DNA from: Hydrolagus affinis
Lineage: Eukaryota
Assembly: GCA_012026655.1 (NCBI GenBank)
Contig: JAAILG010001372.1
Location: 1 to 64,000, forward strand
Direction: 5' to 3'
DNA: 64,000 bases
Shown: piece by piece, positions 40,811-54,168 of the stretch
Layout of the letters: each line of letters starts with the position of its first letter
How positions within the stretch are numbered: the first letter of the stretch is position 1
Program-made: the position numbers and the translations under genes
The notes under the pieces: model-generated
Database searches by the model: none
What the model was told of the DNA's origin: nothing
Seen by the model: only the letters and a program-made list of their open reading frames with translations

Positions 40811-42054
40811 CAATATGAGCAGTGCGGCAGTAGCACACTTGGAGTTGTACAGCAGGAAACATTTGTAAATTTAAGTGCTTGACATAGATATTTTTGCCAA
40901 GCTGCGTATCTTCAGTTCTGTGCAATATGTGTCTACATGCTCATCATGAGTTAATAAAAAAAACAGCGTTTTAGTGAAAGCAGTGGAGCTATCCTTTCAA
41001 GTGGATGAAGTATTTTTTAATAAAGCACTTTCTGTAAGAAACCTATTTTTCTTTCAGAATCTATTTTGGCATTAGAACGTTTAAAAACTGCTTGTACCTC
41101 ACACTTGTGATTTGACGTCACTCCCTTGATTGCACCACTGCCTTGTAATGATCGTTTTCTGCTCTCCAGCAGTCTTTCTATAGAGGTTTGTGGGATAAAT
41201 TGATTGCTTTCAATTCCCAGTGCATCACAATAAAGATCTTGCTCAAGCAGAGAATATAGTGATGGTACATCTTACAGATTTTTTGTATCCCTCTACATCA
41301 ATTTTTGAAATATGCGGCTTTAGTCAAACATAAGTTGTGCTAACATTTTCAGCTTGAGAGTGTGCACATTTTGAATTTGGGGTATTAACATTCACCCATT
41401 TTTTAAACTATTGTTTTTTATATTTTAAAAAACTTGTGGAAAAATAAACCTAGTAGAAATTGTTTTTTGCTGCTTTGTTATTTTCATATCTTATTCCTCG
41501 GGATTCAAGAGTTCACTCTGATGCATCCACTGACTGTCATACATCAATAATGTAACATTTAACATCTTACAACATCATGGCCTCAATGGAACAATTAACG
41601 ATAGAAAACAAATTACAGGGCGATGTGGAAAGTTGCCTTCCCATTAGTGAGTATGCTAGGAATATACTAGTGGATTATCTGTATACAGGCAGTATAAATA
41701 GTAGGAACGGCATGTATTCACATTATCAATTTATTATTTAAATGAATTAGTGACAGCTCAATGCTGATGGGGCAGCAGGCAAATTCTGCAGCATTCCACA
41801 GCAGAATTACGTCCTGTGCTTCATGGTGCTATTACCATGACATTTCCGTAGCATTTGTGTAGGCTAGCACAGGTAGCACAATTCTCTGATCACCTTTTCA
41901 ACCAAATAGCGAAATATAGTAGATGGAAACTTTTCATTGAACCCTCCACTTGCCAGGAAGCTTATGAGATAAGGATAATATACCCATTGTAATATGGACA
42001 CCTGTAAAATCCAAGGCCACCATCTGGCCTCGTAAATGCTGCAAGCTTCTGTCG

Positions 42055-42518
42055 GTGGCCAATGGCTTCCCATCACACAGCGGACCCAGTTCAAGATCCT
42101 GGTCATCACCTTCAAAGCCCTCTATGCCCTCGCTCCCCACCTAACTCTGAGAACTCCTAATCCCCTACCGACCTGCCCGATCCCTCTGTTCAAAAGGCTC
42201 CAGCCTGCTTCATGTCCTCCACCTCACCAGCCCACCCATTGGGGGCTGGTGGGCGGGCAGGTGTTCTGCCACTCTGCTCCCACTTTCTGGAATTCTGCTT
42301 GCAGTCCTTCCACCTCACCCACTTGCTTGCCACTTTCAAGACCCATCTCAAAACGCTCCTCTTCGACCGTGCCTTCAGTCACCCTACTTCAACCCCCTCC
42401 CACCCTCTATACTCCCCAGTCCCGACTGCCAGCTTGGATCCAAAGCAATGATTGTCTAGCGCCTTGGGACGTCCCTCAGCATGAAAGATCCTATACAAAT
42501 GTAATTTTGTTGTTGTAT
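42055..42518 (+). mobile_element. L2 3' fragment
   Basis: WLPITQRTQFKILVITFKALYALAP...FKTHLKTLLFDRAF and tail. Confidence 0.85.
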
Positions 42519-43679
42519 TTAGAAAGAGAATTTATTTCCTATGATTTGAAATATATTTTGCAGCCCAGGCTTTTGCCACATCACCTGTCATTGTCTCCCA
42601 CAGGGCACCTTTCCCAATTGGTGCAAGACTAATGCACAGATTCCAGAGGAGCTCCAGCATTGCTTGTTCTGGTCACAAGATTAAGTGCTAGATTTTAATG
42701 TAATCTATTGGGATGAGCAGACTTGATATGAACTGAAAAAAGCAATTTTACCCTCCTATGCCAAGTGTAGAGTTTCTAAAATAACCGTATAGTAAATCAG
42801 TTTATTAAAAATGCTGCCTCTCCTCACACATGCACACATATGCATACCAAATTTTGTAGAGCTTGAATTTGCCATCATATCTCCTGAAGTCTTTCAATTG
42901 CGTTTGCCAAATTTCTAATAATTGCTCTCTCCTTGCTGCCCGTTCATTGCAGATTAAATCCGAAATGCTGGTGCAGATGATTTTGATTTTCATGTTAATT
43001 TAGCTTTAGGATTTTTCCATATTTGTAACAATTTTAGTAGCCTGATTATGTCTTCTGTTCCAAAACTGGGTAATTATTCTGAAATTTATCTTGAATGCCT
43101 GTGGAGTTTGTTTGGTTTCATCACAGTTGCAGGAATTCTATGTTGAATTTGCAGAAAATTCAGTAAATGAGCAGGCACATTACTGAAACGATGAGATTTA
43201 TATATCCTGAATCGATGCAATGCCGGGTGCTTGCTAAAACTGATCGCACGTACTGGAGTACCCATTTAAAGGTTATTTGCAGATTATGTCCTTATGTAAT
43301 GCAAGATAAGTGTGATGCTTTCCACTCCACCAGAATCTTCTCCTGTGCCACATAATATGCCTTGCTTCCACATAGTCAAATCCTCTCCTTCCCAACCCTC
43401 GTGCCTTATGTACCTCCGAAAACTTGCATCTCACTTCCCAGCCATTCCAAACCCGTCCTATTTTCCTATCGCGACACTGCAATCTTGATCATTTTCAGTA
43501 AAATTTGTAGCTAAAATTCCATCACTGAAAATGTTTTGGAAAACCGTGTTGTCTCACTGAAAGATTAAGCTTTGGGTTAATTGTCAAAGCAAGAAATATA
43601 CGATCCTTTCTTTTCCTTAACCTACTTAATGAAGCTAACTCATCATGTCATCAGTTACTGTTCCAAAACTCTCCCTGCA

Positions 43680-44025
43680 CCTCACCCCAGAGGCCATTTT
43701 CATGAGTGAGTCTAGACAGTGAGTGTTGGCAAGCTATTTGCCCATGAGAGTTGTTCTAACCAGGTTCAATCCTGTCCCAGCACAGTGTCAGCACACGTGG
43801 ATACATTCATGCATACAGTGGGAGTTGATGGATAGGAATTAGTAGAGGCAACGTGACCCATTTCTCTTCTCTAGCTAGAGGACACCAAGATTAATTGCAG
43901 CATCTCACTGACACTTCATTTACAATCAGCTGCCTCAGCACAGACTAGGAATCAGAACCTGACATAGCACAAGCCTGTACAGCTCAATATTAAATCATGC
44001 GTTTCATTTGCCCACACAGCCAAGA
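43680..44025 (-). mobile_element. Ancient SINE, AmnSINE2-like
   Basis: Reverse complement has ctagtctgtgctgaggcagctgat and aatagcttgccaacactcactgtctagactcactcatgaaaatggcc; related fragments near 14120-14300, 34900-35050 and 52440-52660. Family name is from recall. Confidence 0.55.
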
Positions 44026-45387
44026 AGGGGAGATCTCTTTGAATACTTAAAACAGACTTTATTCATTGGCGAGATCCCTGAGTTTATTTACTGTGCCTTC
44101 ATGAATATTTTTACGTTCTCAGCAGCATACAGAAAGTAACTTATATGCAAGTATTATTTATCTTGAGTTATTTTCTTTTTACATTTTTATTTAAAATTGC
44201 TGGCTGACCTGTGACATGTAAACAGGATTGAGCTTGTGAAACCACACTGGTTCATAAATGAGCAACCTCTCTCAGCTTGGTTAATACTGACTCTTAAATG
44301 AACAACTCCCATAATCTGAGTTAATTTCGGATTAAGTAGGTTTGATTTAGATGCTTCAGAATGTTGTGCTCGTGATGTAGTTGTACTATCTGTCATTGTA
44401 TGCTGTCCATTTGACGAGTTCCCTCTTTACAATCCAGGACTCTTCTGGATGAGGGCTCTTGCAGTACTACAGTAAACTAGTCATTTGTAGTACCCATAAA
44501 TCGTTTTTGTCCATGAACCTGATTCTTTAAGGTGAGAGGTTTCCCTAATATGATCAAGATAAAAGTGACTTCTGTTTTTCGATCAGAGTGAGTAAGTATA
44601 CTAGGGTCTGCTTGTTCTGCAGAGATTACAGTAAAAGGACAAGGTAAATATAGGGCAACACTTTCAATGTAAAGAATATCCTGTGCTTTCTTCTCCCCCA
44701 CCACCCCCCCCTCATCTAAGATATTTTCTTGCGGAAGATTGTATATGCTGTGAGCTTTCCATTGAATATGACATCCCTTCCATGGATTCTTGCTGTGTTT
44801 GCCAGGAAGCCACTGAAGTGACATCTGCCCTGTTGATGAGCAGCCCCATGGCAAACAACAACAACAGCATTTATGATACCGGCTTTTAGTGCACTATGTA
44901 AAACCATATTGATCTACCAAGATCTGAATATTTAGGCACGATATCAGATACAAAAATTACTGTGTAATTTTAGTGAATAGTTTTCACAGCTAAGGATAAG
45001 AATATTATCTTCCTGGCTTGATATCTTAATTGTGAAGTGATGCATGCACAGTGCAACAGATTGCATATTAGGAGAATGCAGAAAGGACGATGAATAAGCT
45101 TTTAATCAGGTTTTACACATTAATTAAAATGCTTCCTTTCAAACAAGACCCATCAGTCTTTTCTTCAGAGGAAAGTCTATACAGATCTATTTTTGTGTGG
45201 CTCCATTGTTAATGCAATTATGTCATTGGGCCAGGCATGCAGAATGGAAATTTGAGAGTTGAGACGTGCTGAAATTATTAGTTGATTGGTTAGTGGATGC
45301 CAAGTCACAGGTTCTTTTGTTTTGTGTTAATTTGTGAGCCATGGTAGAAGCAGTTGTCCCATACCTGTGTAATGATTGGCTTTGTAT

Positions 45388-45698
45388 ATAATAATAATCT
45401 TTGCATTTGATATAGAGTTTTTCACATCTTCTAGATGTCTCAAAGCGCATCACAGAATATACTGTAAAGTGAACTGACTGTATATTTGTGGACGAAACGC
45501 GGCAGCCAATTGTGCACTGCAGTGTCCCACAAACAATCGTGGATTGAAATGATCAATTTATTATTATTTTTTGGGGACAGATTATTATTGGGCATACCGA
45601 GTAAGGAAACTTGCCCAAGGTTTCGCCCTGCCTGGATTCGAAACACAGGTCTCACGCTTGTAAGGCGAATGCTCTAACTACTGAGCTACAGGACTCCA
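45388..45698 (-). mobile_element. Full-length family A SINE
   Basis: Tail, body and tRNA-like head ctgagctacaggactcc all present. Confidence 0.88.
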
Positions 45699-48600
45699 AT
45701 AAGAGTATAATCTGTGTACATGTGCTTTTGTGTATACTGCACAGTCATACCAGTGATTGGTGCTTGAATCCCATCTCAAATTAAACCCATGTCTTCAATT
45801 AGATTCCAAGTCTCACTTACTGATCTGGAATAAAAAAATTTAAGGGGTAAAATGTTAATTGTTAACATCAGAAAGCTAAACTATTTTCAAAGTGAGATAA
45901 AATCGATTATACTGTACTGCGTATTCACTGCCAAAGTACAATAGAAATAAGTGCTGAAATAGTGGAAATCCTATTTTGGGAGGAGAAAATTCACCTTGGT
46001 CTTCAATATTTGTTATTTTTAAAATAATTTACGGAAAACCAACTTTCAAATCAATGTAGCATTTAAGAATTTCCCAGAGCTTAGTTGTTTTGGAATGCTG
46101 CGTTTATAGAGTAAGTTTATCCCCAAGTGGAATTTCTACCCCTGTAGCTCCATCTGACACAACAGGAGGAGTTATAAATTGAGCTTTCAGCTACACGTTA
46201 CTATGCCATTTGTACACCTTCTCTCCCATGGCTATGACCTCAGTATCATATAGCCAAGCTGCAGCTTTACAGTACTGCAGTAGTCATTTTTCACAGTTAA
46301 CTAATCATTATTAAATGACTTCCCTTTCACTTTAACACACAGTACTTTAGTTCAATCCTGACGTTGTTTACCGCAACTCTGGTCCAAATGGCACATGAAA
46401 CAATCCCATGTATTTCTACCACTTTAATTGGAATGAACAACATTAAGTTTAATAGTAAACCAGTTTGTTTTTCAAGATAAATTAATGGCAATTCCTTTGG
46501 TACATTTCCTTGAGCACATGCAGATCAATGTTATGGTTTCCATTGGTTGCTAGATTTTCTTCTTATTTAGTGGATGACAATTCAAAGCTCTTTCTACAGT
46601 GATGAAAATAAAACAAAATTGAACAGAAATCTGAGCCATTGGATTCATGGGAACTACAATGATTATGGCTTTGCACTAACAATATATAATTCTTCTTAAT
46701 ATAAAGATTTATTTATAAAGGCTGATTTAATGAATGAACATTGTACTTACTCGAAAATAAAGGAAACTGACTCCCTCAAAGTCTTTGAAAATGTTTTGAC
46801 ATTGTTTGTGTGTAAGAACACAGCTGTTCAAATATTAAGCAATAGTCGAATAAATAGGCAAATGGTATTATTTAAGTGAGAGAATAGAATCTTTGAAGCA
46901 ATTAAACAACCGTCTCCCCCAAACACTTAAAATTATCACTCAACAAAATAAGGCTGCAGAAATACTTCCTCTCACACCCCTGATTGACCAATTCCTGGCA
47001 CTGCAATTACATGTGGCATTGTGAATTGATTAATTTTTTTGTTTCATAATTCACTCAGCATGGCATTCATCAGCATGATGAGGCCAGCCTCATCTGTGTG
47101 AATACTCTGTTGTTAACTTGTTTCCATCAGTTATCATACTGATTGTAATATATGGCCTTTCTACTCTTAACGTTACTATTTATGATAAATAATATGAAAT
47201 CACACAAGCTGGTTCCAGAAAAAACAAATGGTAAGAATAGAAAACGCAGCTTCCGCTTAAGTCTGAATGGTGGGGTATGTTACTTTAGCGGTTTTATCTT
47301 CCCCTTGAGACTAATTGAAACCCTTCTTCCTTTAGAATCACAAAATACTGAATGGACTGTACAGGTCAAATGATCTAGTTTCATAGCTTAAAGTAGTTAC
47401 TAATGGTCCTGTTGTAGGGTATACATGGGGTTAAATGAAAAACATTTTGGTTGTAAAGTTGGTCAATTTCAACAGTTCTTGGAAACTTAATTTACTATCT
47501 TTTATTATCGCCTTAAATAGCTGCACCTCAACCAACAGCTGAGTTTCTTGGTTTTCTGAGATTGCATTTTCTTTTGCCTTGGGTTAATTGCAACTAGCAG
47601 TGTAGTTATAGGATAGTGAATGAAAATTCTGTTCCAATTTCACGCCTTCGTCTGCTGTGTATGTAACACTACTTGCTGTGTTGTGCATGAGTGTACTTAA
47701 TTTTGTGTAAGTCAATGATAAAATTGTGTAGACACACGCAATTGCATGCTTTCCTGCAGGACTAACTGAGAAGTGATACAACATGCATTCTGTTCAGTGC
47801 AGAATCCAGGCAATTGCGAACCAAAGCAATAGAGAGCAAAAGAATATTGTTAAATGTGGCAGATCCTTGTTCCTTCTACAATCAGGTTACATTGTACAAA
47901 GCCCAGACATATTGATCAAGTCTAGGAATGTTCTGTTTCTACTTAGAGGCATGCATGTTCATCAAATATTTAAGATAAAGAAAGCAAAGCAAGAGCAATA
48001 CTTTCAGATCTACTGACCCAATAGAAGAACAGGATGCAGTTGAAGGTTTGCAAAGGGCAATTTCAGGAACAACACTAGGAAGACTTTCTTTACCCAGAGG
48101 GTAATAAATGACAGGAGCAGGTTTCCATACTGGGCAGATTTACCCACTGAGCCACGGAAGGCTAGAAAGAGCAGAACAAAATATGATTTCAATGGGTGGC
48201 AACGACAGAAAATGTATTTTGTTATTAACATCCTGGAGGTGGACAATGGTTGTTGATACAATACTTTACTTCTAAGCCATTAACTATTTACCCTGAATAA
48301 TCCCTTATTGTATCTCCAAAATAAGGATTGCTCAAATTTCCACTAATCCTTGGATTTGTAATTTGAGGAATGTTTAGATCTTTATGACTTGTTGAAATGA
48401 ACTGTATTATTTCATACTGAGGACTGCAATGTGACTAACTCCCTACTTCTACTAATTTAGTTTATCTGATGCATTTCCTCCTGGATAAAAAACAGTGACA
48501 TTGAGGATTGAAGGAAGCACCTGTAAATTACTCTATAGTTTAAAATATGATTTCTTTAAATTGTTTCCCAAAGTTCAGATACTTTAGCAAATGTATCTGT

Positions 48601-48739
48601 TTGGTTTTGCCTCATATGCATTATGTATCTGCATGTTACACAATGTTTAGTATATACAATTAGATAATTATTTAATTCTTTGGACCCATCTTTACAATGT
48701 GGCAGCCATTACATAGCTGATGTGTATTTTAATTTATTA

Positions 48740-49050
48740 TAATAATAATAATAATCCTTACATTTCGTTTAGCATCTTTCATGTCGGAAGGACATCCCAA
48801 AGTGCTTCACAAGATATACTTTAAAGTGGAGTGACTGTGTGTTTCGTGGGCGAACGCAGCAGCCAGTTTGTGCTCTGCAATGCCCACAAACAGTCAAGAA
48901 ATGAATGACCGATTTTATTTGGGTGTTGTTGCCCAGGGCCTCAGCTTAATGTCTTGTCCGAAGGCAGTACTTCCAATAATGCAACAACCATATCCCCAGC
49001 CAGACATAGTGCTATGTCAGCCTAGACTATCTGAGTTCCAAATCTAGGAT
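48740..49050 (-). mobile_element. Deu-type SINE (decayed, internally deleted)
   Basis: (TAA)n tail, shared 3' body and gggcctcagcttaatgtc..gtcagcctagactat. Confidence 0.6.
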
Positions 49051-50734
49051 GGATTGTGAGCTGGATTCTCTTTGTCATGTACTTCATATCCAATTGGATA
49101 GTGAAGTAATGTCAGAATCTTCTCTTATATTGTGTTTAAGAAGATTGTTTATGAAGCAAGTGTAGGACAGCATTCAATGACTATTCAATTTGTACACATT
49201 TGCTAATGACATCCACCTCCCTCTCCTCAAAAATAATTTTTGATGAATCCAGGCACTAAGATGTTTTCCCTTAAATTCTTCATTTCATTTGTTGTAAGAA
49301 TCAGTCATTGTAGCTTCCCAAGAATGCTTAGAAGGTCATTACCATTGGAATGTACATTTAATAGTGATAGAAATTTAGCAGCAGTTTTACATCAATCATG
49401 TTGCAGCCAAAAAGACTATTAAACAGTAATCCATTTTATAGTCATATGCTCTTGGCACGTAACATGATTTGAAGGAAAAATACTGCTATATTTTCTGTTG
49501 CAGTGTGATCAGGGTTGTGGAGTGTTCAAAATAAACTTGGTTAGAGCAGCATTGCTGAGTTCTGCAATCGTAGAAACATCTCCATGGAACGACGAGACAT
49601 TAATTTGCACCTACTATTTTCCACAGAATACGTTTCTGTTTCAGCCATGTTTTAGGGATAAACTGGGGTGGTATCCTGATGCTTCTCTTCTGCAAAGGAG
49701 ATATGGAGAGTGAGTCAACTTGGCCAGAAACCCAATGTCAAATACTTGGCAGCAAGTCACATGGTTGGCCTGTCCTCTTAGCTTGGGGTAGTAGGATACA
49801 CTAACAAGTTACATTTATATAGGATTGTTTTCAAAGCGCTTAACAAATTCCAACAAAACAATGTAAGAAGAAAGTTGATGCTGTTACTTTGTACTGCATG
49901 GCTTTGGTGTAAAGCCTAATCCTTGCCACAATGACTCCCAATGCAGGAAAACGTCTTCTACCGTGAAATGTGCACAATGATTGCTGGGGGTTTTATTACA
50001 GTGCTTGCTAAACACTGAAGAGTATAATTGCCACACAGTTTAATGGAACATGACACTATTTCAAAAAGAACTTTCAGATATTCACGTTATACATAAAGGC
50101 AGCTGTCACAAAAGTGCCAGGATAAAAAGAGTTATTTTATTGGGGTATTAAGGAAGCAGGAAAAAAACAAGACACGTATATTGGGTTTAAAATGAGTTAT
50201 TTTCTTTCAGAACATGTTTGTCCAAAGAGAGCCAGTGAAACCCTTCTAGGTATTCATTAATAATAGTGAAATTTGCTAATTTATATACATTTAAGATGAC
50301 CTTAATAGCACACTAATCTTCGTAAGGTAAGTATTGCAGTGTTGCCTCAGGTGAAAAAGCAAATTGTGTCACCATTTAGCTGTGTAGTATCCATCAGTGT
50401 CAGGTTTAAAAGCCTGGTTTGTACAGTAAAAAGTTTGCATATTGCCTTGCAGGACGTATTTTATTGTATGATGCTCCCATTTGTCTTTGCATATCCCACG
50501 CATGATCCTGGCAGAGCAGTCTTTGTTAGATCTATATTATATTATGTTTAATGTGAATAGGGAGCCTCAACATACTTCTACCAGGAAAATAGGAAAGAGG
50601 TCTGTTGCAGTGAGATTCTAGTGTATTTGTAGTTCAGAGCTTGCGTTGGAAATGAGTTATGACTGTTATGGCTACCCTCCCCACTGTTTCTTTTGTAAGC
50701 TAATTATCTATTGAGAGTCCTGCCTATTCCACGT

Positions 50735-51028
50735 AATAATAATATTGTGGGGTTTTTTTTTAATAATAAAATTGGTCATTTCAATCCACGACTGTGTGTG
50801 GGACACTGCTGTGCGCAATTGCTGCCGCAATTCGCCCACAAAGTCAATTCACTTTACAGTATATTCTGTGAAGCGCTTTGGGACGTTGATAAGATGTGGA
50901 AAGCGCTATATCAAATGCAAGGATTATAATAATCCTTGCATTTGATATAGCGCTTTTCATGTCTTCTAGACATCTCCAAGTGCTTCACAGAATATACTGT
51001 GAAGTGAATTGACAGTATATTTGTGGGC
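50735..51028. mobile_element. Two family A SINE 3' parts joined tail-to-tail (inverted repeat)
   Basis: The + copy ends at 50927 and the - copy starts at 50929; the inner 28-bp arms are perfect. Confidence 0.9.
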
Positions 51029-51189
51029 CTGACTTAGAACGTGTAGTACAAAGATCAATTGGTATATTTGTTGTAATAGCAACATTTCTGCAAATGTCAG
51101 GAACCTTCAGAGTTCAGAATGTGAGTCATCCATCTTTGTTACAATTGTCTCTGTCTGTGATGAGCCACGTACCATCAAACTAATGACAA

Positions 51190-51660
51190 TGGGCGTCCAG
51201 GTTAAGACATGGGCATGGATGAATAAACAGGTTAAAAGAAAAGCAGCAGAGAGTAATTATAAAGTGTTGAGTGGGGTGCCTCGGGGTTGCTGGATCCCCT
51301 CCTGTTCCTTGTCTACATCAATGACCTAGATTTGCAGACATAATGATTGGTACAGTAGTTACATTTGCAGATTACACCAACCTGCATGTGGTGAGGGGCA
51401 GGGTGTGGAGGATGCAAGTGAACTGTGGAATCAAAAGATGTGAGACAAGATCTGATCTAACCATTGGCAAGTAAAGTTAACGTATTGTTTGGCATATAGG
51501 AAGTAAAAAAAATAGGTGCCACATTTGCACTGTGGATGAGATAGAACTCAGCAAGGAGGTTGAAAGAGTCTTCGTGGTGTTAACTGTCGCTCACCATATC
51601 AAAAACAGTTTAAAGCACTAATGAACAAAGAGAATAGGATTCCCACGCTACATTGCAAAT
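51190..51660 (+). mobile_element. Decayed CR1 RT fragment
   Basis: SGVPRG..PLLFLVYINDL..FADYT RT motifs. Confidence 0.7.
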
Positions 51661-51679
51661 TAGTTGAATTCAGATCTCC

Positions 51680-51797
51680 CTAAATCCACCCTCCCCGATC
51701 CCGACCTCAGCTTGGGTCTGAATCATTGACTATCCAAGCTCTTTGGGATGTCCTCCCGGTGCGAAAGACGCTATATAAATGTAATTTTGTTGTTGTT
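51680..51797 (+). mobile_element. L2 3' tail
   Basis: C-rich UTR followed by ttgggatgtcctccc..gctatataaatgtaattttgttg. Confidence 0.75.
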
Positions 51798-51841
51798 ACT
51801 GTCAGGCTGGACAGTGTTCTCCTGCTTGGGCTGCACTCAGA

Positions 51842-51915
51842 GTAACAATAGCAACAAATTGCTTTTATATCTCACTTTTGATATCAAGATGACGTCCCAA
51901 GGCGCTGGACAGTCA
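51842..51915 (-). mobile_element. L2 3' tail downstream (on - strand) of the 28S fragment
   Basis: Reverse complement tgactgtccagcgccttgggacgtc...tataaaagcaatttgttg. Confidence 0.75.
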
Positions 51916-51951
51916 CAATACAGCACATGTGAAAGCTCCAAACCCAAGAAG

Positions 51952-52176
51952 GCAAGGATTCCGATTGCAACTGCGCATCATCAGTGGAGTAAAGCTAACC
52001 TGTCTAAATCCGGCTCATGTTCCCTATTAGTGGGTGAACAATGCTTGGTGAATCCTGCTTTCCGATGATATGAAGAGGTGACATTGAAGGATCAAAAAGC
52101 AATGTCACAATGAACTTCACAGCCACAAGCCAGTTATTCCTGCGGTAACTTTTCTAACACCTCCAGATTAAAACCA
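51952..52176 (-). pseudogene. Decayed 28S rRNA fragment (domain V, peptidyl-transferase region)
   Basis: The + strand reads catcatcagt..ctaacctgtct..gttccctattagtgggtgaacaat..gcttggtgaat..gaaggatcaaaaagc..gccacaagccagttat..ggtaacttttct, the reverse complement of conserved eukaryotic 28S sequence, with small deletions and CpG decay. Confidence 0.9.
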
Positions 52177-52227
52177 AAAAAAAACCAAAATGAAGGAGAT
52201 GAGGTATAAGGAGCATCTAGATAAATC

Positions 52228-52310
52228 AAAACACAAAATACGACAGATGCTGGGAATCTGAAACAAAAACAGAGGTTGCTGGGGAAACTCAGCAGGTCAA
52301 GCAGCATCTA
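52228..52310. repeat. Half copy of the palindromic shark-type repeat, bounded by a 16-bp direct repeat
   Basis: caaaatacgacagatgctgggaatctgaaacaaaaacag..ctcagcaggtcaagcagcatct; agcatctagataaatc at 52212 and 52303. Confidence 0.65.
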
Positions 52311-53985
52311 GATAAATCTGTTGCTTCAGCGTCAAAACATCTTTTATAGAGAATGCTAAACAAGATAACTCAATATTTTCAGATATATGGTAATGTCGGG
52401 CTGCAGCTTTATTGAACTTCAGTCGTTTGCAGTGTAGGTCTCTTTCCTCCCCCACCAGAATATTTCCAGTCTGCCTTCCTGAAGGCAGTGACTTCCACTT
52501 TCTGATATAATTTCACACGTGCTATTCCTCACCAAAATGTGTGCGTGCTTCACCAGACTGTTTCATTTAACTATAGAAGGCATCATCACTGAGTGCAATT
52601 CCTGTCCTTGTTCACCGTCTATGACATTCCTGAGTTTTCCAGCGAGGGCTGATAACCTTTAAACTGCAAAATATGTGTTGACTGGTATCACTAGTCATTT
52701 AAATTTCTTTAGCTGCAATTATGTACTGTGGCGTTTTATTATTACATGCTGAAAAATTCAGCTGCTAGTCCATGACAAACAAAGCTTGAGCAGTTTATCA
52801 ATGTCATCTCAAGGCCAAATTGTGCTATGTCCTTGAGCATATTCTAAACTCTTTTGCTGTTTAGGATATGTACAGGTGTAGGTTTTTATATTTGTAGTGA
52901 TTTTTTTTCCCCCCTTTATGGCAAAGAATAATGGAAGGCAAACTCCTGGAATGAATAGGCTTCAAAGATAGACCTTTTCATTTTAAATGATTGACACCAC
53001 AGTTGTGCACACGGAAAACTTGGGGAAAATAATAATACATTTGATGTAGTTTTGGGAGGTCTTCCAACAGTGATTCACATAATGCACTGTTAAGTGTAGT
53101 GATCATATTTGTGTAGGCCAACATGAGATAATTGTAAAATATTAGATTTGCAAGTGTTTTTCAAAATAATGGAGGATTTTGAACTATGTATTCATTGCCT
53201 ATGGTGTCATTTATTCACTTTCCCCTAATGTGTGGAGCAAGTTGCATATTGAATTATCACCATTATAGTAGAATCACAACTCCAACTTGCATTTACACTT
53301 GCATGTGGAGTCACTTTATTCGGGTCATGGTAACCCACATTATTATAATGCAGGTTCATGTATAGCACAATTGAGTAGTGGTTCCCAACGTTTACTTGCC
53401 AAAAAATCCAGGATACACGCTGAATAGCAGCCAACTCGCTTCTCACTCACGTTGTCCTGTTTCATAAGGCGAGAAGCTCCATGTATTATTTTGAAGTGCA
53501 ACATGGTGATTTGAAGTGGGATGGAGCTCGTCTCCTTGCTGGGCACATACAGTGTGATGTTACTCGTCATGCATGATCAATGACGTTACAGTGCTGGACG
53601 CTGATCAGCGATCGCACCCAATTATAAGGCCGGTTGCAATTTTTATAAAACTACCACGCTATTATAACAGGGTTGCATTGTATTAAATAATTGTCTTTTT
53701 TTTATTTCGGAAGCTTCATGTTTGATATGTGCTACTTGGCATTACTGCAAAAAAAATCATTAATCATGCCTGCTATGTGTACAAGACCTGCTAAATTGTT
53801 CTGATTGTAGAAAAAATGCATGTGGCAAATTAATTTATCTGGAGAAACAACTGTGATGGAATAAATTGATTAAATTTTCTTGAGCTTGATTCTGGAGATG
53901 AACTATTTTCGTTGAGCCTTGTGCTCTAAAAACACTGTGAAACGTAAAGCCTTGCATCTCACAAATTTTTCATTTTAACCTCCAG

Positions 53986-54168
53986 ATTAGCATTTTCATG
54001 ACGCACCTGTCAAACTACGGCAACGATCGCCTGGGGCTGTACACGTTCGAGAGCCTTGTGAAGTTTGTGCAGTGCTGGACTAATCTGAAGCTGCAGACAC
54101 TACCCCCTGTGCGCCTAGCCGAGAAATACTTTGAGCTTTTCCCAGAGGAGAAGGACCCCTTGTGGCAG
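53986..54168 (+). CDS. NDST2: NDST2 coding exon 6
   Basis: ctccag|[21 protein letters not shown]...EKDPLWQ|gtacga; 183 nt. Confidence 0.95.

Noticed and set aside
45600-45698. tRNA-like sequences with A and B boxes, here and in other SINE heads
   Set aside because: They are SINE heads continuous with SINE bodies and lack a full cloverleaf, so they are not tRNA genes.
53264-53682. Possible decayed Tigger-like MITE ending ttataacagggttgcattgta
   Set aside because: Only one TIR-like end is clear; the other could not be matched.
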